Assembly: GCA_900757655.1 (NCBI GenBank)
Contig: CAAEOT010000026.1
Span: forward strand, 20,476-84,475
Length of the DNA stretch: 64,000 nt
Direction: 5' to 3'
DNA from: an uncultured Oscillospiraceae bacterium
Lineage (GTDB): Bacteria; Bacillota; Clostridia; Oscillospirales; Oscillospiraceae
In this document: piece by piece, positions 9,193 through 19,505 of the stretch
How the letters are laid out: the number at the start of each line of letters is the position of its first letter
Numbering within the stretch: position 1 is the first letter of the stretch
Program-made: the position numbers and the translations under genes
The notes under the pieces: model-generated
Databases searched by the model: none
Seen by the model: the letters and a program-made list of their open reading frames with translations, nothing else
Told to the model about the DNA's origin: nothing

Positions 9193-10037
9193 ACTGGAAA
9201 ACGTATCTGAAAAAGAAAGGCGCGCGCGTCGGTGCGATCGTGGTCGCGGTCGTGCTCGTGCTCGCGCTCATCGCCGGGGCGCTCGGCGGCAGGGCGGGGT
9301 TCCTTACGAATCTCGACGGCATCGTGCGCGCGCCGCTGCAGAAGGCTGCGACCGTTACGGCGCAGTGGCTCGAGAGCATCTACGGCTACATTTATAAATA
9401 TGACCAGCTCAAGGCCGAAAACGAGCAGCTGCGCACGCAGCTGGCCGAGGCCCAGGCACAGGCGCGCGAGGGGCAGGAGGCGCTGGCGGAAAACGAGCGC
9501 TACCGGGACCTGCTGGGCTTCACCCAGCGGCACACGGACTTTGAGCTCGAGCCCGCGAACGTCGTGTCCTACGGCGCGTCGAACTGGTCGAGCACGCTCA
9601 CGCTCAGCAAGGGCAGCGACAGCGGCATCGCGGTCGGTGACTGCGTCATGAACGAGTCCGGTGCCCTCGTCGGTCAGGTCATCGAGACCGGCAGCACCTG
9701 GGCGACCGTGCGCACCGTCATCGACGTGGATATGAGCGTCGGCGGCTATATCAGCGGCAGCGGCGCGACGGCCATGGTCCTCGGCGACTTCACGCTCATG
9801 CAGCAGGGCTGCGTCCGCTTCGGCTATCTGGCCGAGGGCATGAGCATCTTCACCGGCGACACCGTGCTCACGTCCGGCAAGGGCGGCGCGTTCCCGGCGG
9901 GCCTCGTCGTCGGCACGATCACGGATGTGCGCACCGAGGCCGGCGGCCAGCAGACCTACGGCGTCATTACGCCCGCGTGTGACCTCGGCGAGCTGCTGCA
10001 GGTATTCGTCATCAAAGACTTTGACGTGGTGAGCTGA
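9144..10037 (+). CDS. mreC: Rod shape-determining protein MreC
   Basis: N-terminal TM, coiled-coil (LKAENEQLRTQLAEAQAQ), beta-rich C-terminal MreC domain. The ATG at 9144 overlaps maf by 49 nt, and an in-frame TTG at 9189 is an alternative start. Confidence 0.8.
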   Translation: MQAGTTAERTGSRVALNWKTYLKKKGARVGAIVVAVVLVLALIAGALGGRAGFLTNLDGIVRAPLQKAATVTAQWLESIYGYIYKYDQLKAENEQLRTQLAEAQAQAREGQEALAENERYRDLLGFTQRHTDFELEPANVVSYGASNWSSTLTLSKGSDSGIAVGDCVMNESGALVGQVIETGSTWATVRTVIDVDMSVGGYISGSGATAMVLGDFTLMQQGCVRFGYLAEGMSIFTGDTVLTSGKGGAFPAGLVVGTITDVRTEAGGQQTYGVITPACDLGELLQVFVIKDFDVVS

Positions 10038-10038
10038 C

Positions 10039-10554
10039 ATGTGGGCGGATCTCATCAACAAGGACAAAGTGCACCGCGCGCTCTGGTGCGCGCTGTACAT
10101 GGCCGTGACGCTCCTGCTGCAGAATACGGTCTTTGCGCACATTGCGCTCTTTGGCGTGCACGCCATGTTCGTTCCGGCGGTCGTCGTGGCGGTCGGCGTG
10201 TTCGAGGGCGGCACGTGGGGCGCGGTGTTCGGCCTCATCGCGGGCTATTTTGGCGCCATGGGCTACCCCGGCACGGGCATGCTCTTTGCCGTGCTCTTCG
10301 CGGTCATCGGCTTCGGCGCCGGCATGCTCGCGGACTATCTGATCAATAACAGCCTGCTGCCGTTTCTCGTGACGTGCCTGGCTGCGTTTCTGCTCACGGC
10401 CTTCTGCCAGATGTTCCGGCTGTGGATCTTCCACGGCGCGTCGTTCTGGCGGCTGCTGGCCGTGGCGCTGGGGCAGAGCGTGTTTTCGCTGCCGCTCGCC
10501 GTTCCGTATTACTATATCAGCCGTGCGTTTCACCGCCGGCGTGCCCTGCGCTGA
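10039..10554 (+). CDS. mreD: Rod shape-determining protein MreD
   Basis: Polytopic small membrane protein immediately after mreC. Confidence 0.7.
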   Translation: MWADLINKDKVHRALWCALYMAVTLLLQNTVFAHIALFGVHAMFVPAVVVAVGVFEGGTWGAVFGLIAGYFGAMGYPGTGMLFAVLFAVIGFGAGMLADYLINNSLLPFLVTCLAAFLLTAFCQMFRLWIFHGASFWRLLAVALGQSVFSLPLAVPYYYISRAFHRRRALR

Positions 10555-10592
10555 GTGTCTCGGCGCGCCCGCCCCCCGAAAGGATCTTCGCT

Positions 10593-12659
10593 ATGGAAAA
10601 ACCCATCAAACCCGGCCGCGTCGCCGCGCTCGCGTGTTTGCTCGCGCTGCTCGTGATCGTGTTCGTCGTCGCGCTCTATAAGCTGCAGATCGTCGACGGC
10701 AAGGCGTACTATGAGGAAAACCGCAACAGCGTCGCCAGTTCCCAGACCGTGGAGGCCGCGCGCGGCAGCATCCTCGACCGCTACGGCCGTGTGCTCGTGT
10801 CGAACACGAGCTGCAATAACCTCATCTTCAACCCCGACGACCTCTTTGAGCAGGACGACCCGAACGGCATCCTCCTGCAGATGGCGCGCACCGTCGCTTC
10901 CTGCGGCGACACGTATGTCGACGAGCTGCCGGTCACGTCCGCGCCCCCGTTTGCGTACACGGACATGAACGACACGCAGCGCACGCAGCTCAAGGGCTTT
11001 CTCAAATACGCCGGTCTCGACGAGGAGGCCACGGCCGTGGAGCTCATGAGCTACTGCCGCGAGAAGTTTGAGATCAACAACAACTATTCCGCGGCCGACA
11101 TGCGCATCATCGCCGGCCTGCGCTACTCGATCAAGACGCGCTATATCGACAAGCTCTACCTGCCGGACTATGTGTTCGTCAAGGATGCGAGCATGGAGCT
11201 CATCACGTCCCTGAAGGAAAATAACGTCCCCGGCTTTGAGGTCACGGTGTCCTATACGCGCCAGTACCACACGAATCTCGCGGCGCACCTGCTCGGCTAC
11301 ACGGGCCTGATGACCGCTGAGGAATACACCACCTACAAGACCCAGGGCTACCCCATGAGCGCGACCGTCGGCAAGGACGGGGCCGAGCTCGCCTTTGAAA
11401 AATATCTCCACGGCACGAACGGTACGGCCATCGTGACGAAAAACGCCTCCGGCACCGTCACCGGCACGACCTATACCACCGAGCCGGAGCCGGGCAATCA
11501 GGTCAGCCTCACAATCGACCTCGACCTGCAGTCGGCGGCCGAGCAGTCACTGACCAAGGGCATCGAGAACATGAAGTCGAAGTCCACGAAAAACAGCGAC
11601 GCCGTCGGCGGCGGCGCGCTCGTGGCCGTCGATGTGGAGACCGGCCAGCCGCTGGCCATCGCCAACTACCCGACGTATGATTTGCAGACGCTTTTCCAGA
11701 GCGAGGAGAATTACAAGGCCGTCTCCGAGGCGGACAATCAGCCGCTGTTCAACCGTGCGCTGTTGGGCCAGTATTCTCCCGGCTCGACGTTCAAGCCCTG
11801 CACGGCCATCGCCGGCCTGACCGAGGGCGTCATCACCACCGGCACACGCATCCAGTGCACCGGCACGTTCCGCAAGTATGAGGACACCGGCTATGCCCCC
11901 AAGTGCTGGATCGCTTCCTCCGGCACGACGCACGGCAGCGACAATGTGACCGAGGCCATCCGCGACTCGTGCAACATCTTCTTCTACACCGTCGGCGACA
12001 GCCTGCCGATCGACACGCTCGCGCGCTATGCCGCGGCCTTCGGTCTCGGCGAGCACACCGGCATCGAGCTGCCGGAGAGCACCGGCCAGATGGCCACGGA
12101 GGCCGTGAAGAAAAAGCTCGAGAACACGAACTGGTATGTCGGCGACTCGCTGCAGGCGGCCATCGGCCAGTCGTACAGCCTGTTCACGCCGCTGCAGCTG
12201 GCGGAGTACTGCGCCACGATCGCCAACGGCGGCACGCGCCACAGCGCGTCCATCCTCAAGACCGTACGCAGCTATGACGGCAGCGAGCTCATCTATGAGA
12301 ATCAGGCCGAGGTGCTCAGCACCGTCGAGACCAGTGATTATAACTGGGCCGCCGTGCAAAAGGGTATGTACCTCGTTGCCAATGACCGCGCCGGCAGCGC
12401 GTACGAGACCTTCGGCAGCTACGGCGTGAAGGTCGCCGCCAAGACCGGCACCGCCCAGCTGGGCGATAACCAGGTCAACAACGCTATTTTTATCTGCTAC
12501 GCACCGTATGACAACCCCAAGGTCGCCGTGGCGGTCGTTGTGGAGCACGGCAGCGCCGGCGCTTCCATCGCCTCCATCGCGCGCGATTTTCTCGACGCAT
12601 ATTTTACCGTCAAGACCGTCAACACCGCCCCCGAGAGCGAGCTCTCGCTGCTGCAGTGA
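10593..12659 (+). CDS. mrdA: Penicillin-binding protein 2 (elongasome transpeptidase)
   Basis: ORF 10374.. trimmed to MEKPIKPG.. (GAAAGGA RBS). TM anchor, PBP dimerisation domain, transpeptidase motifs STFK, SDN and KTGTAQ. Confidence 0.85.
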   Translation: MEKPIKPGRVAALACLLALLVIVFVVALYKLQIVDGKAYYEENRNSVASSQTVEAARGSILDRYGRVLVSNTSCNNLIFNPDDLFEQDDPNGILLQMARTVASCGDTYVDELPVTSAPPFAYTDMNDTQRTQLKGFLKYAGLDEEATAVELMSYCREKFEINNNYSAADMRIIAGLRYSIKTRYIDKLYLPDYVFVKDASMELITSLKENNVPGFEVTVSYTRQYHTNLAAHLLGYTGLMTAEEYTTYKTQGYPMSATVGKDGAELAFEKYLHGTNGTAIVTKNASGTVTGTTYTTEPEPGNQVSLTIDLDLQSAAEQSLTKGIENMKSKSTKNSDAVGGGALVAVDVETGQPLAIANYPTYDLQTLFQSEENYKAVSEADNQPLFNRALLGQYSPGSTFKPCTAIAGLTEGVITTGTRIQCTGTFRKYEDTGYAPKCWIASSGTTHGSDNVTEAIRDSCNIFFYTVGDSLPIDTLARYAAAFGLGEHTGIELPESTGQMATEAVKKKLENTNWYVGDSLQAAIGQSYSLFTPLQLAEYCATIANGGTRHSASILKTVRSYDGSELIYENQAEVLSTVETSDYNWAAVQKGMYLVANDRAGSAYETFGSYGVKVAAKTGTAQLGDNQVNNAIFICYAPYDNPKVAVAVVVEHGSAGASIASIARDFLDAYFTVKTVNTAPESELSLLQ

Positions 12660-12692
12660 CGGCCGCTGACCAGAAAGAGAGGAGTTATCCAT

Positions 12693-13094
12693 ATGAACAT
12701 TGCACTGATCGCTGACGACGGCAAAAAAGAACTCATGGTCCAGTTCTGCATTGCATACTGCGGCATACTGGCCAAGCATGATCTGAGCTCGACGTTTACG
12801 ACCGGCCGGCTCATCTCCGAGGCCACCGGTCTGAAGATCCGCACCTACCTGCACTCTTCGCAGGGCTGCCAGCAGCTCGACGCCCGCATCGCGTATAACG
12901 AGATCGACCTCGTGCTGTTTTTCTGCGACGCCGAGAGCGGAAACTTTGACGAGGTCAACCGCATGGCGCGCCTTTGCGACCAGCGGCAGATCCCGTTTGC
13001 CAGCAACGTGGCCACCGCCGAGGTGCTCATCCTGGGCCTGAACCGCGGCGACCTCGACTGGCGCGACATCGTCAACCCCAAGAAGAAATCGTAA
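12693..13094 (+). CDS. Methylglyoxal synthase-like protein (MGS fold) with apparently substituted catalytic residues
   Basis: MNIALIADDGKKELMVQF.. aligns over its length to MgsA, but AHD becomes ADD, GGDQQ becomes GCQQ and PHDPD becomes NFDEV. Confidence 0.7.
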   Translation: MNIALIADDGKKELMVQFCIAYCGILAKHDLSSTFTTGRLISEATGLKIRTYLHSSQGCQQLDARIAYNEIDLVLFFCDAESGNFDEVNRMARLCDQRQIPFASNVATAEVLILGLNRGDLDWRDIVNPKKKS

Positions 13095-13117
13095 ACCCGA
13101 AAGGAATCATCATCACC

Positions 13118-14476
13118 ATGGACAAGATCAGACCCCGCACCCTGTCCGGCTTCATGGAGCTGCCGCCGGACAAGCAGGTGCAGATGGACAAAATGCGCGC
13201 CGTTCTGGCAGAGACCTACGCCCGCTACGGCTTCACCCCGCTCGACACGCCCGCCATTGAGGCGGCCGAGGTGCTGCTGGCCAAGGGCGGCGGCGAGACG
13301 GAAAAGCAGATCTACCGCTTCACGAAGGGCGACAGCGATCTCGCCCTGCGCTTTGACCTCACGGTGCCGCTGGCGAAGTACGTCGCGGCCAATTACGGCC
13401 AGCTCACGTTCCCGTTCCGCCGCTATCAGATCGGCAAGGTCTGGCGCGGCGAGCGCGCACAGCGCGGCCGCTTCCGCGAGTTTTATCAGGCGGATATCGA
13501 CATCATCGGCGACGGTGCGCTCGATATTTTGAACGAGGCCGAGATCCCGGCCATCATCTACGATACGTTCACGCGCCTGGGGCTGCACCGCTTCCGCATC
13601 CGCGTGAACAACCGCAAGGTGCTCAACGGCTTTTTCGCCATCCTCGGTCTGAGCGGGCAGGCGGGCGATGTGCTGCGCACCATTGACAAGCTCGACAAGA
13701 TCGGTGCGGACAAGGTGCGCGAGCTGCTCACCGATACCTGCGGCGTGGCGGTCGAGCAGGCGGACGAGATCCTGCGCTTCATCGCCTGCCCGGGCACGAG
13801 CGCGGACAAGCTCGCCTTTCTCGAGCAGTACCGCGGCCGGAACGAGACGTTTGACCTTGGCCTTGACGAGCTGCGCACCGTCGTGGGCTACCTGCCCGCG
13901 TTCGGCGTCCCGGAGGAGAACTTCGAGCTCGACCTCACGATCGCGCGCGGCCTTGACTACTACACCGGCACGGTGTACGAGACCGTCCTGCTCGACCATC
14001 CCGAGGTCGGCAGCATCTGCTCCGGCGGCCGGTACGACGACCTCGCGGGGTATTATACGAACAAGTCCCTGCCCGGCGTCGGCATCTCCATCGGCCTGAC
14101 GCGCCTGTTTTACATCCTGCAGGAGCAGAATATGATCTCTGACGCCGTGCTCACCGCCCCGGCGGACGTGCTCATCCTGCCGATGACGGACGATCTGTCC
14201 GCAGCCGTGTCGCTGGCGTCCATGCTGCGCGCCGGCGGTCTGCGCGTGCAGCTTTACAGCGAGAAGAAAAAGTTCAAGGCCAAGATCGGCTATGCCGACA
14301 AGCTCGGCATCCCGTTTGTGATCTTCCTCGGCGAGGATGAGATCGCGCAGCACGTCTGCGCGCTCAAGAACATGGCCACCGGCGTGCAGGAGGCCTTAAC
14401 GCCGGACGCCGCGCTTGAGACCATCCGCGCGGAGATCGCGCGCCGCAGCGCCGGCGCGATTTTGCGCGAGCCGTGA
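13118..14476 (+). CDS. hisS: Histidine--tRNA ligase
   Basis: ORF 12974.. trimmed to MDKIRPRTLSGFMELPP.. (GAAAGGAA RBS). Class II aaRS motifs and C-terminal anticodon-binding domain. Confidence 0.9.
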   Translation: MDKIRPRTLSGFMELPPDKQVQMDKMRAVLAETYARYGFTPLDTPAIEAAEVLLAKGGGETEKQIYRFTKGDSDLALRFDLTVPLAKYVAANYGQLTFPFRRYQIGKVWRGERAQRGRFREFYQADIDIIGDGALDILNEAEIPAIIYDTFTRLGLHRFRIRVNNRKVLNGFFAILGLSGQAGDVLRTIDKLDKIGADKVRELLTDTCGVAVEQADEILRFIACPGTSADKLAFLEQYRGRNETFDLGLDELRTVVGYLPAFGVPEENFELDLTIARGLDYYTGTVYETVLLDHPEVGSICSGGRYDDLAGYYTNKSLPGVGISIGLTRLFYILQEQNMISDAVLTAPADVLILPMTDDLSAAVSLASMLRAGGLRVQLYSEKKKFKAKIGYADKLGIPFVIFLGEDEIAQHVCALKNMATGVQEALTPDAALETIRAEIARRSAGAILREP

Positions 14477-14543
14477 CCCGGTCAACCCACCGCCGCCGCA
14501 CCGCCGGAGGCGATATTCGATAGAAAGAAAGGGAATCAGGAGT

Positions 14544-16337
14544 ATGTTTCAGTCCCGCACACACACTTGCAACGAGCTGCGGCTCGAAAACGCCGGCGAG
14601 CAGGTCCGCATCGTCGGCTGGATGGAAAATGTCCGCGAGGTCGGGCAGAATTTTGCCTTCGTCGTCGTCCGCGATTTTTACGGCACGACCCAGGTCGTCA
14701 TCGAGACCGAGGACATGATGAAGGTCGTCAAGGCGCTCAACAAGGAGTCCACCATCGCCGTGGAGGGCACCGTGCGCGAGCGCGCGAGCAAAAACCCCAA
14801 GCTGCCCACCGGCGACATTGAGGTCGTACCCACGAAGATCGAGGTGCTCGGCCGCTGCCGCTACAACGAGCTGCCGTTCGAGATCAACCGCAGCCGCGAC
14901 GCCGACGAGGCGCTGCGCCTGAAATACCGCTATCTCGACCTGCGCAACCCCGCCGTGAAAAAGAATATTATCCTCCGCTGCCAGGTGGTGGCCGCGCTGC
15001 GCGCCGCCATGACCGAGCACGGCTTCCTCGAGATCACGACGCCCATCCTCACGGCCTCCAGCCCCGAGGGCGCGCGCGACTATCTCGTGCCCGCGCGCAA
15101 GCACCCCGGCAAGTTCTATGCTCTGCCGCAGGCGCCGCAGCAGTTCAAGCAGCTGCTCATGACGGCGGGCTTCGACCGTTATTTCCAGATCGCCCCGTGC
15201 TTCCGCGACGAGGACGCCCGCGGCGACCGCAGCCCCGGCGAATTCTATCAGCTCGACATGGAGATGGCCTTCGCCACGCAGGACGATGTCTTTGCCGTGC
15301 TCGAGGATGTGCTCCCGCCGATCTTCGCCAAGTACGGCAAGTACAACATCGCGTCCGAGGCGCCCTTCCGCCGCATCTCCTATCATGACGCCATGGAGAC
15401 CTACGGCTCCGACAAGCCCGACCTGCGCATCGACCTCACTGTGCAGGACATGACGGCACTCGTCGCCGGCAGCGACTTTGCGCCCTTTGCCGCGGGCAAC
15501 ACGGTCAAGGCCGTCGTCGTGCCCGACTGCGCCATGGCGCGCAAGGCCATTGACAAGCTCTGCGCCGATGTGGAGGTGCAGGCTGGCAGCAAGCCTTACT
15601 GGTTCAAGGTCGACGAGCAGGGCAATTTCGCCGGCGGCATCGCCAAGTTCCTCACGGACAAGACCGCTGAAATCACCGCGGCCCTCGGCCTGAAGCCGGG
15701 CTGCTTCGTCGGCGTGACGGCCGGCAAAAAGACCGCCGCACAAAAGACGGCGGGCGTGCTGCGCACGAAGCTCGGCGCGGCCGTGCCGGGCCATATGGAT
15801 AAGGAGCGGTACGAATTTTGCTGGATCGTGGACTTCCCGATGTACGAGATCGGCGAGGAATCCGGCGAGCTGGAGTTCTGCCACAATCCGTTCTCGATGC
15901 CGAACGGCGGCCTCGAGATCCTCGAAAAGGCCGAGCGCGGCGAGGTCGACCCGCTCGACATCTACGCCTACCAGTACGACCTCGTGTGCAACGGCGTCGA
16001 GCTCAGCTCCGGCGCGGTGCGAAACCACGATCCCGAGATTATGGTCAAGGCGTTCGAGCTCGTGCGCCTCGGCGAGGACGATGTCAAGGCCAAGTTCCCG
16101 GCCATGTACAATGCCTTCTGCTACGGCGCGCCCCCGCACGCCGGCATCGCCCCGGGCGTGGACCGCATGGTCATGCTCCTCGCGGGCGAGGACTGCATCC
16201 GCGAGATCATTCCGTTCCCGATGAACAAGAACGCGCAGGACGTCATGATGGGCGCGCCCGGCACCGTCGAGCCGCACCAGCTTGAGGAGTTGCACATCGC
16301 CGTCGTCGGCGACACGGAGCCCGATACCGAAGCGTAA
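14544..16337 (+). CDS. aspS: Aspartate--tRNA ligase
   Basis: ORF 14415.. trimmed to MFQSRTHTCNELR.. (AGGAG RBS). OB-fold N-terminal, class II core, GAPPHAGIAPGVDR motif. Confidence 0.9.
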   Translation: MFQSRTHTCNELRLENAGEQVRIVGWMENVREVGQNFAFVVVRDFYGTTQVVIETEDMMKVVKALNKESTIAVEGTVRERASKNPKLPTGDIEVVPTKIEVLGRCRYNELPFEINRSRDADEALRLKYRYLDLRNPAVKKNIILRCQVVAALRAAMTEHGFLEITTPILTASSPEGARDYLVPARKHPGKFYALPQAPQQFKQLLMTAGFDRYFQIAPCFRDEDARGDRSPGEFYQLDMEMAFATQDDVFAVLEDVLPPIFAKYGKYNIASEAPFRRISYHDAMETYGSDKPDLRIDLTVQDMTALVAGSDFAPFAAGNTVKAVVVPDCAMARKAIDKLCADVEVQAGSKPYWFKVDEQGNFAGGIAKFLTDKTAEITAALGLKPGCFVGVTAGKKTAAQKTAGVLRTKLGAAVPGHMDKERYEFCWIVDFPMYEIGEESGELEFCHNPFSMPNGGLEILEKAERGEVDPLDIYAYQYDLVCNGVELSSGAVRNHDPEIMVKAFELVRLGEDDVKAKFPAMYNAFCYGAPPHAGIAPGVDRMVMLLAGEDCIREIIPFPMNKNAQDVMMGAPGTVEPHQLEELHIAVVGDTEPDTEA

Positions 16338-16401
16338 AATAATGATGCGACGGCGCCCCGGCGTTCGGCCGGGGCCTCGTCCATGAAAGAAGGCGAGCGG
16401 C

Positions 16402-17925
16402 TTGCTGTCCAAAATCCAGTCCCTCGGCTGCCGGGGCGTGACCGGCTACGCGGTCAGCGTGGAGTGCCATGTGTCCAACGGTCTGCCGGGGTTTGACATC
16501 GTCGGCCTGCCGGATGCGGCCGTCAAGGAGGCGCGCGAGCGCGTGCGCAGCGCCATCAAGACCAACGGCATGAAGTTCCCGGTCAGCCGTCTGACGGTGA
16601 ACCTCGCCCCGGCGGACACGCGCAAGGCCGGCACGCTCTATGACCTGCCGGTGCTGCTGGGCATCCTGTGCGCCACGGGGGAGATCCGCCAGCCGCCGGC
16701 CACGGCGGCGTTTTTCGGCGAGGTGAGCCTCGCGGGAGACATCCGCCCCGTCACCGGCGCGCTCACGATGGCGCTCGCGGCCGAGCAGATCGGCCTCAAG
16801 GAGCTCTTCGTCCCGGCGGGCAACGCGGCCGAGGCCGCCTTTGCCGACCGGGTGACCGTCTACCCGGTCGAGAACATTGCCCAGCTCGTGCGCCATCTGC
16901 GCGGGGACAAGCGCATCGCGCCCATGGCCCCGCCGCAGCTCGAGACTGAGCCGCGTTTCCCGGTCGATTTCGCCGAGGTCAAGGCGCAGGAGAACGTCAA
17001 GCGCGCGCTCGAGGTGGCCGCCGCGGGCGGGCACAACATCCTGCTCATCGGCCCGCCGGGCGCGGGCAAGTCCATGCTCGCCAAGCGCCTGCCGACCATT
17101 CTGCCCGCGATGAACCGCGCCGAAATGATCGAGACCACGCAGGTCTATTCCGTCCTCGGCCTCACGACGCCGGACGACCCCGTCGTGCGCATCCGGCCGT
17201 TTCGCGCGCCGCACCACACGGTGTCGAACGTCGCCATGTCCGGCGGCGGCAGTGCGCTGCAGCCGGGCGAGATGAGCCTGGCGAATAACGGTGTGCTCTT
17301 TCTCGACGAGCTGCCGGAGTTTTCGCCCGCCGTGCTCGAGACGATGCGCCAGCCGCTCGAGGACGGCAGCATCACCATCTCGCGCGCGACCGGCTCCGTG
17401 ACGTACCCGAGCCGCTTCATGCTCGTGTGCGCCATGAACCCCTGCAAGTGCGGCTGGTACGGGCACCCCTCCGGGCGCTGCCGCTGCTCGCCGCGCGACG
17501 TGCGCCGCTATCATGCGCGCGTGTCCGGCCCGCTGCTCGACCGCATCGACATCATTGTCGAGGTGCCGGCGCTGGAGTTTGACGAGCTCACCGAGCCCTC
17601 GGCCGGGGAACCGTCGCGCGCCATCCGCGCGCGGGTGAATGCTGCCCGCGCCGTGCAGCGCGCCCGCTACGGGGACGATACCACCACGACGAACGCCCAC
17701 ATGGGGCCGCGCGCCCTGGCGGAGTTTTGCGCGCTCTCGCCGGAGTGCGAGCAGCTCATGCACCAGGCGTTTGACAGCATGGCCCTCACCGCCCGCAGCT
17801 ATGACCGCATCCTGCGCGTCGCGCGCACGATCGCGGATCTCGACGGGGCGGAGACCATCGGCCTTGCGCACCTCGCCGAGGCCATTCAGTACCGCACGTA
17901 TGATTTTTCCGTCGCCGAGCCGTGA
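16402..17925 (+). CDS. comM: YifB/ComM-family Mg-chelatase-like AAA+ ATPase
   Basis: TTG start. N-terminal Lon-protease-like domain, Walker A GPPGAGKS, C-terminal zinc motif CKCG...C.C. Confidence 0.8.
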   Translation: MLSKIQSLGCRGVTGYAVSVECHVSNGLPGFDIVGLPDAAVKEARERVRSAIKTNGMKFPVSRLTVNLAPADTRKAGTLYDLPVLLGILCATGEIRQPPATAAFFGEVSLAGDIRPVTGALTMALAAEQIGLKELFVPAGNAAEAAFADRVTVYPVENIAQLVRHLRGDKRIAPMAPPQLETEPRFPVDFAEVKAQENVKRALEVAAAGGHNILLIGPPGAGKSMLAKRLPTILPAMNRAEMIETTQVYSVLGLTTPDDPVVRIRPFRAPHHTVSNVAMSGGGSALQPGEMSLANNGVLFLDELPEFSPAVLETMRQPLEDGSITISRATGSVTYPSRFMLVCAMNPCKCGWYGHPSGRCRCSPRDVRRYHARVSGPLLDRIDIIVEVPALEFDELTEPSAGEPSRAIRARVNAARAVQRARYGDDTTTTNAHMGPRALAEFCALSPECEQLMHQAFDSMALTARSYDRILRVARTIADLDGAETIGLAHLAEAIQYRTYDFSVAEP

Positions 17926-17961
17926 GCCCGGCGGCCGCATCGGACAGAAGGGAGCTTCGCC

Positions 17962-18303
17962 ATGTACAATAATAACTACAATCCCTATAACCCCAACTGG
18001 TACCAGCCGCCCGGCCCGCAGCCCGGCAAGCATGAGGCCACCGTCGCCATGGTCCTCGGCATCGTCTCGTGCGCGCTGCTCATCTTCGGCTACACGGCGC
18101 TCGGCTCGGTCGTCACGGGCATCATCGGCCTGATCTATGCCTCCCGCGCCAAGAGCCTTGGCTTCAACGGCACGCCGCGCACCGTCGGCTACGTCTGCTC
18201 GCTCATCGGGCTGATCCTCGGCGTGCTCGTGTGTCTGGCCATTGTGTGGCTCGGCGCGTGGTCGATCGGTATGTTCATCGCGCTGCTCGAGCAGGCCATG
18301 TGA
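17962..18303 (+). CDS. DUF4190-like small membrane protein with Tyr/Asn/Pro-rich N-terminus
   Basis: MYNNNYNPYNPNWYQPPGPQPG followed by two TM helices. Confidence 0.55.
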   Translation: MYNNNYNPYNPNWYQPPGPQPGKHEATVAMVLGIVSCALLIFGYTALGSVVTGIIGLIYASRAKSLGFNGTPRTVGYVCSLIGLILGVLVCLAIVWLGAWSIGMFIALLEQAM

Positions 18304-18332
18304 TATCTGTAGAGAAAAGGAACGAAACCGTT

Positions 18333-19505
18333 ATGAATGATCTGCTGCTGTGCAAGCCCGGAGAGATCTTCCTCAAGGGCCTCAACAAGCACTATTTTGA
18401 AGAGAGGCTGGTCGCGAACGTCAAGCGCCGGCTCAAACCCATCGGCCACTTCCGCGTGACGTATCTGCAGTCGGCGCTGTACATCGAGGCCGCCGACGAC
18501 GCGGCCGATCTCGACGCGGCGTATGACGCTGTGCGCAAGGTGTTCGGCATCGCGACGATCACGCGCGCGGCCGCCTGCGAGAAGGACAAGGACGCCATCA
18601 CGGCGCTGGCCAAGACGTACCTGCACGACGCGATGACGGCGGCGCGCAGCTTCAAGGTGGAGACCAAGCGCTCGGACAAGCGCTTTCCCATGACGAGCAT
18701 CGAGCTGTCGCAGTATGTCGGCGGCGAGCTCGCCGAGGCGTTTCCCAACACGGTCGTCGACGTGCACGACCCGGAGCTGACCGTGCGCCTCGAGGTGCGC
18801 GAGCAGGCGGCCTATGTCCATGCGCAGGCCGTCGGGGCGGCGGGCGGTATGCCCGTCGGCTGCAACGGCGCGGCCGTGACGATGCTGTCCGGCGGCATCG
18901 ACAGCCCCGTGTCCTCGTACATGATCGCCAAGCGCGGCGTGCGCCTGATCCCGGTGCACTTTTTCTCCTTCCCGTACACCTCGGAGCTGGCCAAGGAAAA
19001 GGTCATCTCGCTGGCCAAGGAGCTCACGGCCTACACCGGCCGCATGACGCTGCAGATCGTGCCCTTCACGCACATCCAAGAGGAGATCCGCCGGGCCTGC
19101 CCGGAGGAGTACTTCACGCTCATCATGCGCCGGTTCATGATGCGCATCGCTGAGGACATCGCCGCGCACAACGAGTGCAAGGCCATCGTCACCGGCGAAA
19201 ATCTCGGTCAGGTCGCCAGCCAGACCATGGAGGCCATGGCCTGCACGCAGGCAGTGACGAACCTGCCCGTGCTCCAGCCGCTCATCGGCATGGACAAGCG
19301 CGACATCGTGAAGATCGCGCGTGAGATCGGCACATTTGACACCTCTATCCTCCCGTATGAGGATTGCTGCACGGTCTTCACCCCGCGCCACCCCAAGACC
19401 CGCCCGACCGTGGCGGAGGTCACGGAGGCGGAGTCCGCGCTCGACATTGACGCGCTCGTGCGCGAGGCAGTGGACGGAATTGAAAGGATCCGGATCGATT
19501 TATGA
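18333..19505 (+). CDS. thiI: tRNA uracil 4-sulfurtransferase ThiI
   Basis: ORF 18069.. trimmed to MNDLLLCKPGEIFLKGLN... THUMP domain plus PP-loop SGGIDSPV. Confidence 0.85.
   Translation: MNDLLLCKPGEIFLKGLNKHYFEERLVANVKRRLKPIGHFRVTYLQSALYIEAADDAADLDAAYDAVRKVFGIATITRAAACEKDKDAITALAKTYLHDAMTAARSFKVETKRSDKRFPMTSIELSQYVGGELAEAFPNTVVDVHDPELTVRLEVREQAAYVHAQAVGAAGGMPVGCNGAAVTMLSGGIDSPVSSYMIAKRGVRLIPVHFFSFPYTSELAKEKVISLAKELTAYTGRMTLQIVPFTHIQEEIRRACPEEYFTLIMRRFMMRIAEDIAAHNECKAIVTGENLGQVASQTMEAMACTQAVTNLPVLQPLIGMDKRDIVKIAREIGTFDTSILPYEDCCTVFTPRHPKTRPTVAEVTEAESALDIDALVREAVDGIERIRIDL

Noticed and set aside
13095-13117. T-box leader upstream of hisS/aspS
   Set aside because: Only 23 nt separate the mgsA-like gene from hisS and 67 nt separate hisS from aspS. 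There is no room for a T-box and none of its motifs are present. These genes appear co-transcribed with the mreCD-mrdA operon.
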